A stretch of 64,000 nucleotides of DNA from Azolla caroliniana (Eukaryota; Plantae; Polypodiophyta): the NCBI GenBank assembly GCA_043228905.1, contig JBHGNT010000002.1, positions 9,548,001-9,612,000 on the forward strand, written 5' to 3'. Of the stretch, positions 1 through 13,180 are shown piece by piece (position 1 is the stretch's first letter; every line of letters starts with the position of its first letter). The notes beneath the pieces are model-generated. The model did no database searches. It was not told where the DNA came from and was given only the letters and a program-made list of their open reading frames with translations. A program made the translations under genes and the position numbers.

Positions 1-408
1 GCAATTATTCTAACCACTCAGAAATATGAAATAGTAATTATCTACAAGGATTGACTCGCACACCCTCCTCCATCCTTCAAAATATCAAAGTGTAATCATC
101 CTCTTGCAAACTTCATTTCAGTGTGTTGTTATATTTCTCCACATTTTTATACTCTCAACATATCAACCCTGTGTTTCCCACAGATTCCAAATTCCAACCA
201 GTAAAAGCAATATAAACCATTTGTTCACAGACAACAGTTTTTGTATTCAAAGTAATATTTTGTTGCAACCTGCATAGCAAGTGTTGAGGACCCGAGTTTT
301 TGAAGACTTGTGCAAAAACAATTTCTCAGTTTACTCTTGATTTATGCCACTGTACTAATTTTGTTCTTCTAAATACAGTACCAGAATGTCTCTAAAATTT
401 GGACCTAC

Positions 409-957
409 CTTCAAGCGCAATCTTCAAGGAATCCATAAACTCGGGAAACTCGATTTCTTCCACAGCTTTAAGTACATCCTCTGCGCTTATTATCTGCCAC
501 TTGGATTCTCGGCAGATGTCATTATCTCTGTAAATTTACAAAAAAGATGTGTCAAAAGACATGACCAACGTAATGCATCCGATCCCCTAGTACATGAATA
601 CTTTTTGAAGAAACAATAATGTGCAAAAATGTCTGCAATTTGAACACCTCATAGGTAGAAACAGAATCACAAAATCAATCAGCAAATTTTAATGGAGAAG
701 CAGAAGAGGCAAAAGCAGGAAAGGGCATGTGTGTGCGTGTGATCTCGTAGGTTGCAGAGAGGTAGTGGATGAAGACCTTGGCGCTCTCAGAGAAGGCGAG
801 AAGGGCTTCCTTGTGGAGAGGGATCTCCCGCATCCTCGTCATGCCCATCTCCTCTGCCTCTCTTCCTTTCGCTATTTCCGCAATCTTCGTCTTCACTACT
901 CTACGGACGAACGATCGCTCGAGGGAGATCCTCCCCTGCGCCTGCTGCATCCGCCAT
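409..957 (-). pseudogene. DPB4: DNA polymerase epsilon subunit DPB4 / NF-YB11-like histone-fold gene, apparently decayed; exons 957-751 and 527-409 (downstream exons not resolved)
   Basis: Exon 1 gives MADAAGAGEDLPRAI/VRRVVKTK...HKEALLAFSESAKVFIHYLSAT and exon 2 gives DNDICRESKWQIISAEDVLKAVEEIEFPEFMDSLK, matching plant DPB4 as recalled. A 4-nt TCGT duplication (907-914) shifts the frame, and the intron-1 donor reads CT instead of GT (750-749). Confidence 0.85.
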
Positions 958-1056
958 CCCCTACCTCCCTCACGCTATGCCCTTGGGTATGTGTTATTAT
1001 CATAGTACGTAAAATTCGTGTTCGTCTGGCATAACATTCAGAAAACGAATGTGATT

Positions 1057-1250
1057 GTTATTTAAACATTCTTGTGTTTTTTTTTTTTGCTTTTTTCTCA
1101 TTTTTTTAATGTTATTTTTGTTTTTTTCAAATTTTTAGGCTTATTTAAACGAATGCGAATGTTATTTAAACATTCTTGTGTTTTATTTTGCTTTTTTCTT
1201 ATTTTTTTAATGTTTCTTTTTTGTTTTTTTCAAATTTCTAGGCTTATTTA
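1057..1250. repeat. Two imperfect tandem copies of a ~105-bp T-rich unit
   Basis: ttatttaaacattcttgtgtttt...tttttcaaatt..taggcttattta occurs at ~1057 and ~1162. Confidence 0.7.
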
Positions 1251-4200
1251 CCTCATAATAAATAGTTAATCCAAAAGTATGGTATTTATCATTCTTTGGA
1301 GGGTGTTTTTCTTACGCAAATGCACGTATGGTACATATGGTTCATACTATGGTTATTATGACTCATGAGTAAAGAGGACTCCTCAAAGTTTTAGCAGCTC
1401 CAATTTCTTTAAAGAGAACCAATAATAATAATTTGCATAAGACACTCACACACATACATAATAGAGAAGAGAGATAATAGTAGGGAAAGAAAGATATATT
1501 GACATCTTCTGAGGCCAAAAATTCGCCCATGATACGATCAGAAACGTTATTGTCAACATTTTGTAGTTTATTCTCTCTATGTTCTTTTAGCTCTAAGATA
1601 TATCTATAGTATCTAATAGTTGGGGAGGGTGGGAGGGGGACCGAGTATGTCTCAGATTTTGCCCTTATCTCGGCGTTAGTTGGACACTTGCTTGTAAAGT
1701 GGTACTCATCCTCTATCTCTATGTGACATAATCTACATATCCTTTCCTCTCGAGGAACTCCATTAGTACGACCATTCTCAATCTCAAGTTGGTGAGATGA
1801 TATTCTAAGTTGTCCAATGGTAACCCTTAATTCATTTGGTAAGAATGCATCTTGATATTTTGGTTCTGTAATAAAACCTAACTTAGAGAAGTGCATGAAG
1901 TGTTCCTTATAGTACAACGTTTTAGATGGGAGTGGCTCTATCAAGGTGATCCATTTATACCAAGTGTAAATTTGCCATATTTCTTGGCGTATTACTTTAT
2001 TACAGTCCTCATGAGAGATTAAAGTGTTATCAATCATGTGGTTGTACCTAAGGGGAGGTAGGTTATTAATGTCAAGAAGCCAACTCACCATCATGTCATA
2101 CCATGAGCTAGTATAGCCAGACTCATATAGTGATCGAGATGCCTCAAAAGCTTGATGAGATATCCTATCATGTGGTTGGCTATGTGTCCTATGAATAAAG
2201 ACTACACGTTGAAAAAGTGCTTCTACTAACATTGGGGGTAAAGTGAACTCAGCTCTAATAATGTCACGTGGTACTTTCGATTTGCTTCGAAGTTGACGTG
2301 ATAACATCATCATCAATGGGCTCTCTAATTGTGTCCACATGAAAGATGGTAGCCCTGGAGCCCAAACCATTTATGCATACATGAGAGAGGGGGTCACTAA
2401 TGAATCGAAGAGACACCCCTTAGTCTGTGGCTTTGAAAGTATGCATGGTGGCATTGTCTCTCTAAGAGAGAGAGGGATGCATGTCCGCTCGTAAGTCTAT
2501 CCTTCGTTGCCTGTGTCATCGAAAATTTACCGAAGCGAGCACTAAAACTGACTCCAAGATATACACATGATCCAACTACCTCAACTAGGCTATGGGAGAT
2601 GGTGAGGTGACACTTAGTTCTAAGTTGAGCCGATGTGTGGAAGATAAGGACTTTGGTTTTCCCTATGTTCACTACCAATCCTTGTTGTGTGCAAAAATCA
2701 TCTAAGGCATTAAGGTGCCTTTGTAGGTCGTGTTCAGACCCAGAGAGCAAAACTATGTCGTCTGCATTGAGCAAGATACAAACCTACGTACCCCCAAGGA
2801 CTACTCAGTTGCCTCCTTTACAAGAAATAAAATTCGTGATCTCATTAATGTAGATCCTAAAAAGAGTTTATGATAGGGGGCAACCTTGTTTTACACCAAT
2901 AGTGCTAGTGAAGCAATTGGATAGGCCACCTGGGCATCGTACACACCCAGAGACTTGCTCATATAGTGCATAGATGACCCAAATCATGTCACCTAGTATC
3001 TTGAAACTTTTGAGCCTATCAAACAACCGCTCTCTAGGGACTATGACAAAGTCTTTGTGAAAGTCCACAAAACAACAATATAATTTCTTCTTGCGAGCCT
3101 TTGTCTGGTCAATTAAGCATCTAATTGTGAAGACATGACCAATATTAGAGAAGGCTCGTCTAAAGCCAGCCTGTTCAGGTCCTCAAAGGTTTAAGGTCTC
3201 CATATAATCGTTAAGCTTTGCTTCCATTACTGCACCATATAATTTAGCGAGTGTATGAACTATCATAATGGTCCTATATGTATTTGGGTCCATGAGGTCC
3301 CCTCCTTTGTGTATGGGAGCCACTGTATTGTGTTCATGGTCCACTATGGTGGAAATCCCTCGGCAAGGGCACGATTGAACGTTAGAGTTAGAAAGGGAGC
3401 TAGGAACTCTCAAGCATATATGATGTGTTATGCTCGCAATCCTGTGTGGTCCATGGACTTTCTATGTTTTAATTTCTTTATGACCTTCATGACCCTAGAG
3501 GTCGTGAAAAGTGTCCCCATGGTAGGTCGGGGTGTAGAAGGCATTGGAATGGGTAGTTGGTTTGGGACTTGGTAAAGTCTCTTTATATATGTGTGCCAAG
3601 AGTTGGGATCGTCGATGGGTCCTTGTGGACTTGGTTCCCGTAGTCTCTTCCGTGCAGTTGCACAATCGCTACTCACGAGCATATGGTAGAGTTCCCAATA
3701 TTGGGATGCCTCCCACATTCGTCTCTTATAACGTGTCATCTTGCGAGTACCACTGAGTTGCGATACTGTAAGTTGTCTATGTAAGTCCCTACAATCCTCA
3801 TCATACCATCTATTATGTGGCATAGACCCTACTCTACCTTCATTGGAGTGTTTCATATATGGGAAACTACTAATTGATGCGGAATGAAGGATGTGTTGAG
3901 TTTTGTAGTAAGGCTTTTTAAAGGTAAGGAGGAATGAAGAGAGGAGAGATGGGCCTGAACATGTCGGGAGTATACGTCAGAGAGCTCATGTGTGAAATGT
4001 ATTGTGGTGTGATGGCTTGGTTGGTTAGAGTTGGTGACGTTGGAGATATCGCATTTTAGCTCAAAGTATAAGAAACTATGGTCCGCGCCAATAGAACATG
4101 GGGCCACCCGGAAGGAGTTAATCATGTGGATAGCTTCAAGGCATCCTAATAGATAATCAACTATGCTTTCCCTCCTCCACGTGGGAAACATGTGAGCTCT

Positions 4201-5105
4201 TCCAAGCCTTGCCAATTGGTTAAACCATTATATATGATCATCGGGTGCCGAATGCCAAGTTCAAGCACATGATGGCCAAAGCTCTTGGCTTCCGCACCTT
4301 GATCTTTTGATCCACGTGTGGTACCTATGTCTAAAGGATCGACATTTACCATTTCTAGGTTTCTATCAATTTGAAATATTGTGCATTGTTAGGAATGGGT
4401 TCTCGCATTGAAATCTCCTACAAGGAAGACTTCTCCTTGGGAAGAATATCGAATTATGTCATTTGATAAAGGTTCGTATGGAGGAGGCCCATGTGGCACT
4501 CCTTCATCAATTAATCTTGCCTCTCCTGCCATATCATAATGGGATCCTTTCGGGGGAAAGTAACAAATGGCGAAAAATACTACCTGGTCCTTGTTAATGA
4601 AGGCTTTCACCCATATAAAACGAACTTTTGGGTCTATCCTTAGTATTTCTATCGTATTATGTAGCTCTCTCCGAAACAATATTGCAACACCTTCAGATCC
4701 TCTAGTAGTGTGTCGACATGAGGTTTGTCTAAATACGGACTCCCAATGAAATCCTTCGACTCATGGGAGTCCTCTACTTGGGCATTGGTGTGTTTCTCCC
4801 AAGAAAAGTATATATGATACCTTTAATATCTCCTCTAGGCGGTCGGGGTGTGTCCAGAGTGCGTCGTTACAATTCCATAAGCTCATCCTAAGTGTATTTT
4901 CTATCACATGGGCTGCATGCCATCAATTAGTAGCGCGATCATTTATTATCACTCATCCGTCTCGATAAAAGGTGTGATGCCCTTCTTTACGGGGCTTCCA
5001 TGACTCATGGCATACAACTTTTGCGGTGCTCAATTTGCATCTTAGTGAGGTCTTCATTTAGATAGATAGGGTTCCCACCTAATCCTCGAAGAATTGGTCT
5101 CTTCT

Positions 5106-5653
5106 TGTTAGGATCGACCGGCCACAACCTGTTTCGACATTCGTATATCTAGGTGCAAAGAAAACGAGCAAGGTAATGAGCAGACATAAACGAGGTGAGA
5201 AAACGAAAAACAAAGACACAAGATATTTAACGTGGAAAACCCGAACTGGGAAAAACCATAGAGGTCCACAAACCCCGAGAAATAGAATCACTAATAATGA
5301 GGAGAAGTACAAATAAGAAGCTCGGAGGCAATGACCTCGAGATCTTCTTCGTCTAACAGATGGTTGCTAAGTTACTACTCTCACTCTCACTCTCACAGTT
5401 ATAGAGGCAACTCCCCCACACGTAACAAAGATCAACTACTACCTAACATAAAGTTTGCCCTAGTTGCTTATATACTACAACAACTTTCAGGCTATTTACA
5501 AATATAGCCCACAAGGGGCACATTCAAACTATTTACATATATGGTCTCCCGATTTTGGTTTCGGTTTTCGATCTCAGCCTCGGCCGAAATACTCATTCAC
5601 TCCATCCGATTCAGTTCCTTCTCTTCCCATCCGGAGGGACCTATTTCCCAACA
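5106..5653 (-). repeat. Copia-A 3' LTR
   Basis: Aligns with 15710-16277; TG...CA ends; PPT adjacent. Confidence 0.95.
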
Positions 5654-6119
5654 AAATCCCCATTCACTCTGACATGGGGTACTTGTCCAATCCGACTCTT
5701 TGTCGGCACGAATTCAGTTTCTTGGTCGACATCACCTTCATCAGCATGTATGACCCATTGTCATTCATGTGGATCCTTACCAAAGCAAAATCCTTTTCTT
5801 CTACTTGCTCTCGGAACCAATGGTATCTTCTTTGGATGTGCTTGGTCCTCGAATGGTAGGCGGCATTTTTCGCATGGTGGATGACACTTTGGTTATTGCA
5901 ATGGAGTCAGAATTCCTCTTGCCGAATTCCCAACTCTCCGATGAATTCCCTCATCCAAATCACTTCCTTGTTGGCTTCCTCTGCGACCATATACTCGGCT
6001 TCCGTGGTCGACAACGCCACAGCCTTCTACAGCCTCAATTGCCACGAAACAGCTCCCCCTGCATAAGTCATCACGTATCCGGACGTGGATCGGCCGGTAT
6101 CCACATCAACCGACATATC

Positions 6120-6788
6120 TGTTGAAAAAAAACAGCGCTCGGCCACAACCTAGGAATAGGATCAACTCACAGAAAATAGGAAATACAAAGTACACGAAGA
6201 CTTTCGAGAGAAGAGTACACAGGATATTTTACGTGGAAAACCCTAAATGGGAAAAACCACGGGAGTCCTCAAACTCCAACTATCACTATGAACAGAGATG
6301 TACAATGGTGAAGCTTCAAGGCAACAACCTTGAGCTCACTGTCTTCGCCACAGGCGGCGGTAATACACAGAGGCGACGACCTCCTCGTTTCTCTCTCTCT
6401 CTCTCTCTCGGCTGCTCTCACTTCGCTCCCTCTAAGTGGAAAACAGAAAATGAACAACAACTAAAAACTGTTTGCCCTAAGTCATATTTATACACATATG
6501 ACTTTCGGGCTATTTACAAATGTAGCCTCAAGGGCTCTTGGCAAACATATTCACAAATATGTCCCCGCATCCGGATCTCTCTCCGGGTACATTCGGCATC
6601 CGGCTCCGTAACCGGGGTCTTCATCATCCGGCTCCGTAGCCGGGGTCTTCCTCATCCGGCTCCGTAGCTGGGGTATTCATCATCCGGCTCCGTAGCCGGG
6701 GTCTTCGTCATCCGGCTCCGTAGCCAGCAACCGGGCTTGCCGTCATTTATCTCCGGACATCCCATCCGGAGGGACCGAAATCCCAACA
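6120..6788 (-). mobile_element. Solo LTR of the Copia-B family inserted in the Copia-A RNase H region
   Basis: TG...CA ends, TSD ATATC (6115-6119 / 6789-6793), strong similarity to the 7733-8397 LTR; contains about five 28-bp tandem units catccggctccgtagccggggtcttcat (~6597-6725). Confidence 0.95.
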
Positions 6789-7732
6789 ATATCTGAATCC
6801 GTATAACCTTCTAGTGTGGGGTTACCCGAGCCGAATCGAAGACACACATTCGAGGTGCCTCTCAAGTACCCGAAGTATCCACTTCACAACAGCCCAATGC
6901 TGTCTTCCGGGATTGCTCATATATCGACAGACTTCCCCGACTGTGTATGCAATGTCCGGCCTTGTACACACCATTGTGTACATTAGGCTTCCGACTATCA
7001 AGGCATAAGGGACTTTTGAAATCTCAGACTTCTCGGTTTTCGATTTCGGACATTGTGTCACAGATAGTTTGTTGTTTGTCAACAGTGTCGAACCGACTGG
7101 TTTCGCACTTTCCATGCCGAATCTCTGGAGCACTTTTGTCACATGACAGCCATAGTAGTTTCTTTGTTCGATCGAAGCCTCTGATTTTCTTCGGGTCCTA
7201 TCCAACAATCAACATGTCATCAACATAAAACATAAGTATGAGAAAAACTCCTCCATCATACTTCTTGACAAAGACGCAATGATCGGCTTGTGTCTTGCCG
7301 AAACCGTGATCCACCATGAAGGATTCAGATTTTCGGTACCATTGTCGAGGTGCCTACTTCAGCCCATACAAGCTCTTTCTCAATTGACATACCAGGTTCT
7401 CTTTACCTTTCTCCACGAATCCTTCCGACTGGTGCATATATATCTCTTCCTCCAAATCTCCATGAAGGAAGCCATTCTTGACGTTCAGTTGTTCGACTTC
7501 GAGATCCATGTTGGCCGCGATGCTCAGCAATGTTCGGATTGACGTCATCTTTACGACCAGGGCAAATACTTCGTCAAAATCCTCACCCTTCTTTTTCTGA
7601 AAACCTTTCACAACAATTCATGCTTTGTATCTGGGTGGATTCCCGCCATCTCCCAATTTCAACTTGTATACCCATTTATTTCATAGTGCCTTCTTCCCTT
7701 TCAGCAATTGGGTCAATTCATATGTGTGGTTC

Positions 7733-7997
7733 TGTTGAAAAACGGTGCTCGGCCACAACCGAGGAATAGGATCAACTCCAGAAAACAGGAAATACAAAGT
7801 ACACGAAGACTATAGAGAGAAGAGTACACAGGATATTTTACGTGGAAAACCCTAAATGGGAAAAAACCACGGGAGTCCTCAACCTCCAACTATCACTATG
7901 AACAGAGATGTACAATGGTGAAGCTTCAAGGCAACAACCTTGAGCTCGCTGTCTTCGCCACAGACGGCGGTACTACACAGAGGCAACGACCTCTTCG

Positions 7998-8029
<32 letters not shown>

Positions 8030-11000
8030 ACGGCTGCTCTTGCTTCGCATGAAAAATAAGCAACAGATAAAAACTGTTTGCCCTAAGTCATATTTATACA
8101 CATATGACTTTCGGGCTATTTACAGATGTAGCCTCAAGGGCTCTTGGCAAACATATTCACAAATATGTCCCCGCATCCGGATCTCTCTCCGGGTACATTC
8201 GGCATCCGGCTCCGTAACCGGGGTCTTCATCATCCGGTTCCGTAACCGGGTACTCTTCATCATCCGGATCCGCATCCGGGTACACTTCATCCGGCTTCAT
8301 GCCGGGTACTCTTCATCATCCGGTTCCGTAACCGCAACCGGGCTTGCCGTCATTTATCTCCGGGGACATCCCATCCGGAGGGACCGAAATCCCAACAAAC
8401 TCCCCCTTCACTTCGGCATGGGATGTCTCTCCAATCCGATCCTCTTCCGGCATGCTTCAAGCTTGTCGGGTGTGAGCACCTTGGTCAGCATATCCGACCC
8501 GTTCTCGTCCGTGTGGATCTTTGTCAGCACGAACTCCTTGTCTTCTATCCTTTCCCGGATCCAGTGATATCTTCGCTGGATGTGCTTCGTCCGGGAGTGA
8601 TAGGCCGCGTTCTTCGCAAGGTGGATTGCACTTTGACTGTCGCAGTAGAGTCGGTACTCCTCCTGCCGGATACCGAGCTCTCTAATGAAGTCCTTCATCC
8701 ATATTACTTCCTTGCCGGCTTCAACAGCTGCCATGTACTCCGCCTCCGTGGTTGACAACGCAACCGTCTTCTGCAGCCTCGACTGCCACGAAACAGCTCC
8801 CCCTGCATACGTCATCACATACCCTGATGTGGACCGGCTGGTATCTGCATCAGCCGACATATCCGAATCGGTGAAGCCGTCGAGTTCGGGCTTACCGGAG
8901 CCGAATCGGAGGCACACGTTTGTCGTGCCCTTCAGGTATCAGAGTATCCACTTGACCGCGTTCCAGTGCTCCTTGCCGGGATTGCTCATGTACCGGCTCA
9001 CCACTCCGACTGCATATCCTATGTCCGGTCTCGTACACACCATGGCGTACATCAAGCTCCCGACGGCTGAGGCATACGGCACTTTCATCATATCCTCCTT
9101 TTCAGCCTTTGTCTTGGGACTTTGCTTGCTGGACAGCTTGCAGTTTGCCGGGAGGGACGATCCGACCGGTCTTGCTTCCGACATGTTGAACCGGTGAAGC
9201 ACCTTCGTCACGTACTTCTCCTGTGACAGCCACAACTGCTTCTTCTTCCGGTCCCGGATGATGTGCATCCCTAGTATTTGCCTCGCCGGACCCAGGTCCT
9301 TCATTGAGAAGGTTCGGTGAAGAGCCTTCTTCAGCATCCGTATCTTGACCTGGTCCCGTCCGACGATCAACATGTCGTCCACGTACAGGAGGAGTATTAG
9401 AAAGTCTCCTCCTTCGAACTTCTTCACAAACACGCAGTGGTCGGACTGCGTTTTGAGATACCCTTCGTCGGTCATGAAGGAGTCGAACTTCCGGTACCAT
9501 TGCCGGGGAGCCTGTTTCAGTCCGTAAAGGCTCTTCTTCAACCGGCATACCAGGTGCTCCTTCCCTTTCTTCTCGAATCCTTCCGGTTGCTGCATGTAGA
9601 TCTCTTCATCGAGGTCACCGTGAAGGAATGCCGTCTTCACGTCCATCTGTTCTATTTCGAGGTCCATGCTTGCCGCTATGCTCAGCACCGTCCGGATGGA
9701 GGTCATCTTCACTACCGGGGCAAATATCTCGTCAAAGTCGACGCCCTTCTTCTGCTGGAACCCCTTCACCACGATCCTGGCTTTGTATCTCGGGGGGTTT
9801 CCGGCATCTCCCGGTTTCAGCTTGAACACCCACTTGTTTCGAAGTGCCCGCTTTCCTTTCGGCAACTCCACAAGTTCATATGTGTGGTTCTCATGCAGGG
9901 AATCCATCTCGTCCTGCATGGCACTCAACCACCTGCGGCTCTGGGTGTCGTGCTTTGCTTCTTCAAAGCTCTCCGGCTCCCCCTCATCGGTTAGCAGCAC
10001 GTGCTCTGGATCCGGAAATCTCCGGGGGGCCCTTCTCTCTCTTAGAGGGTATCTCCGTTCCGGAGCTTCGGTAACCGGTTCTTCCGATTCTTCTTCATCC
10101 GAATCCATTTCGGGATCGGGGCCGGTTCCGGTATCATTTTCGTCTTCTTCGGCCGGTTCTGTTTCTTCACCGTCTTCGGCCAGATCCTCGAGTGCTAACC
10201 GGTCCCTTGCCGGTCGGGACTGCTCCTCGTAGAGTTGATCCTCACCGGTCGACTTGGAGCTCTTCATCTTCTTCTCCGACTCCCAGTCGGCAAGTGTCTT
10301 GTCCTCCATGAAGATGATGTCTCGACTCCTGAATATCTTCTTGTCGACCGGGTCCCATACTCGGTAGCCGAACTCGTCGTCGCCGTAACCGAGGAATATG
10401 CATGGCCGGGTCTTTGGATCTAGCTTTCCTCTCCGGTCCTTTGCCACATGCACGTATGCGAGACACCCGAACACCTTCAGATGCCGGTAGGATACTTCCC
10501 TACCGGTCCACACTCTCTGCGGCGTGTCTCCGTCCAAAGGTACTGAGGGTGATCTATTTATCACATATGTCGCCGTCGACATTGCCTCAGCCCAAAATCC
10601 CTTGGGTAATTTCGCATGCGCCAGCATACTCCGGACCCTCTCCATTATGGTCCGGTTCATCCTCTCGGCCAGCCCGTTCAGTTCCGGCGTCTTCGGCACA
10701 GTAAACTCGAGCCGGATTCCCTTCGAGCGACAGTACTCCTGGAACTGCCCCCGGTATTCCCCTCCGTTATCCGCTCGTATCGCTTTCAGCTTCTTGCCGG
10801 ATTCTCTTTCCACTCTCGCGTGGAGTTCTTTGAAGACAGACAACACTTGGTCCTTTGTCTTCAACGGTGCCGACCACAGCTTCCGGCTGTGATCATCAAT
10901 GAAAGTTACGAAGTACTGGGCTCCGCCATGTGACTTCGTTTCTACCTGACACACATCAGTGTGCACCAACTCCAATGGTGCGCTACGTCTCGTCGGTGGC

Positions 11001-12778
11001 CTTGAGTGGAAGGAGGTTCGGTTCTGCTTACCGGCCAGGCAATCGGTGCACTTCTCCAGATGCACATGCTTCACTGGAATGAGGTTGTCTTCTGCAAGCC
11101 TCTTCATCCCCTTCTCGCTCATGTGGCACAGTCTCTTGTGCCACAGCTCACCGGCAGTGTCGGCTGCCACGTTCAGCTCCTCCGGACATAGCCGGGAATT
11201 CATCAGGTACAGTGTGTTGACCTTCCGGGCCCGAGCCACAATCAGGCTCCCTTTGCTGAACTTCATGACACCGTTCCGGATGCTACCCGTGTAGCCTTCA
11301 TCATCTAGCCTCCCGGCCGAGATCAGGTTCAATCGGACCTCCGGAACGTGTCGTACATCCTTCAGCAGCATCTTGCATCCGGTCGGGGTTGTCAACCACA
11401 CGTCTCCGATGCCGGCAATCCGGCACGTACCTTCATTTCCCATCCGAACACAGCCATGCTCACCGGCTGTGTAGGATGAGAAGTATCTTCTCTCCGGGGT
11501 CAGGTGGAACGATGCTCCGGAATCGACCACCCAGGTCGTCTCATCGCCGGCAACGTTTAGCTCCCTCTCTTCGGTAATGAGCATTATATCTTCTTCACTT
11601 GCCGCGAGTGCCGTCGTTCCTTTCCGGTCCTGCCCTCGCCGATCCGGACCTCTCCGGTCCGTGGCTCCCCGGTATGCACCGTTTCTCTCCGGTGATTTCT
11701 TCGAATCGGTGTCGTCGGCTCCGTTGTCTTTTCGGTAATGCCGACAATTCTTCCGGAAGTGCCCCGGCTTCCCACAGTGGAAGCATGTGGGTCTTCCTCT
11801 TGACTGCGACCGGGTCCCCGACTTCTCCCGTCTCTGCGGACTCCGGTTCCATTGTCTTCCCCGTTCCGATTCGGTGAGCAGCGCCTTCGAGTCGGAGGCC
11901 GGTTCTTTATCTCTCCGACGCGCTTCTTCGTTCAAAATACTTGTCTTTACCGTTTGTAGAGACAAGTTATCTTCGGTGCAGGAGGTGCTGAGAGTCACCA
12001 CCAAGTTCTCCCAGCTGTCCGGCAATGTACACATCAGGATGATGGCTTGCATTGCATCCTCCAACGGGAACTTGATCGCCGCAAGCTGGTTCACGAATCC
12101 CATGAACGTGCTTACGTGTTCGACCATACTCTCGCCGTCCCGGTACTTGAGGTTCACTATCTTTCTCATCAGGGAGGTCCGGTTCAACGCATTCTTCCTC
12201 TCGTAGAGGCCCGACAGCTTCCTCCACATCTCATATGCGTTGGTGTCGTTTGCCACGTGTTGTAGAACGCTCACATCGACGTATTGCCGAATGGTTGCAA
12301 CGGCTTTCCGGTTCAGAAGCCTCCAATCCGTCTCAAGTACCCCCTTGGGTATTTCCGACCTGTCGATCGGTTCATACAGGTCCCGAACAATGAGCAGATC
12401 CTCCATCTTTATCTTCCAGTCGGCGTAGTTCTGCGCATTCAGCACCATCATCCCCGGCTGCCCGCTGCTGCCGCCTTCCATTTTCTGTGTTAACCGTCGC
12501 TCTGATACCACTTTGTTGAAAAACGGTGCTCGGCCACAACCGAGGAATAGGATCAACTCCAGAAAACAGGAAATACAAAGTACACGAAGACTATAGAGAG
12601 AAGAGTACACAGGATATTTTACGTGGAAAACCCTAAATGGGAAAAAACCACGGGAGTCCTCAACCTCCAACTATCACTATGAACAGAGATGTACAATGGT
12701 GAAGCTTCAAGGCAACAACCTTGAGCTCGCTGTCTTCGCCACAGACGGCGGTACTACACAGAGGCAACGACCTCTTCG

Positions 12779-12812
<34 letters not shown>

Positions 12813-13180
12813 ACGGCTGCTCTTGCTTCGCATGAAAAATAAGCAACAGATAAAAACTGTTTGCCCTAAGTCATATTTATACACATATGACTTTCGGGCT
12901 ATTTACAGATGTAGCCTCAAGGGCTCTTGGCAAACATATTCACAAATATGTCCCCGCATCCGGATCTCTCTCCGGGTACATTCGGCATCCGGCTCCGTAA
13001 CCGGGGTCTTCATCATCCGGTTCCGTAACCGGGTACTCTTCATCATCCGGATCCGCATCCGGGTACACTTCATCCGGCTTCATGCCGGGTACTCTTCATC
13101 ATCCGGTTCCGTAACCGCAACCGGGCTTGCCGTCATTTATCTCCGGGGACATCCCATCCGGAGGGACCGAAATCCCAACA
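7733..13180 (-). mobile_element. Ty1/Copia LTR retrotransposon B, full length and very young
   Basis: LTRs 7733-8397 and 12514-13180 appear to differ only by one TC unit; TSD GGTTC (7728-7732 / 13181-13185); PBS TGGTATCAGAGC (12510-12499); PPT GTGAAGGGGGAGTT next to 8398. Confidence 0.98.
8408..12481 (-). CDS. Copia-B gag-pol polyprotein with one in-frame TGA at 8941-8939
   Basis: CFHCGKPGHFRKNC knuckle, WVVDSGAS protease, LWHKRLCH and DNGGEY integrase, LLYVDDM RT, FTDSD..STSGY RNase H. ORFs 8939-12670 and 8408-8917 are in the same frame. Confidence 0.95.

Noticed and set aside
6597-6725. Regular 28-bp repeats resembling a CRISPR array
   Set aside because: Contiguous tandem units with no unique spacers, inside a Copia LTR; no cas genes; eukaryotic context.
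8939-8941. Programmed read-through or RNA editing of the TGA in Copia-B pol
   Set aside because: It lies at a conserved Arg position late in RT, where related copies A and C have Arg; a CpG transition is sufficient.
12482-12670. N-terminal 63 aa of the 1243-aa ORF
   Set aside because: Derived from LTR and PBS sequence; the gag ATG is at 12481, matching the Copia-C start.
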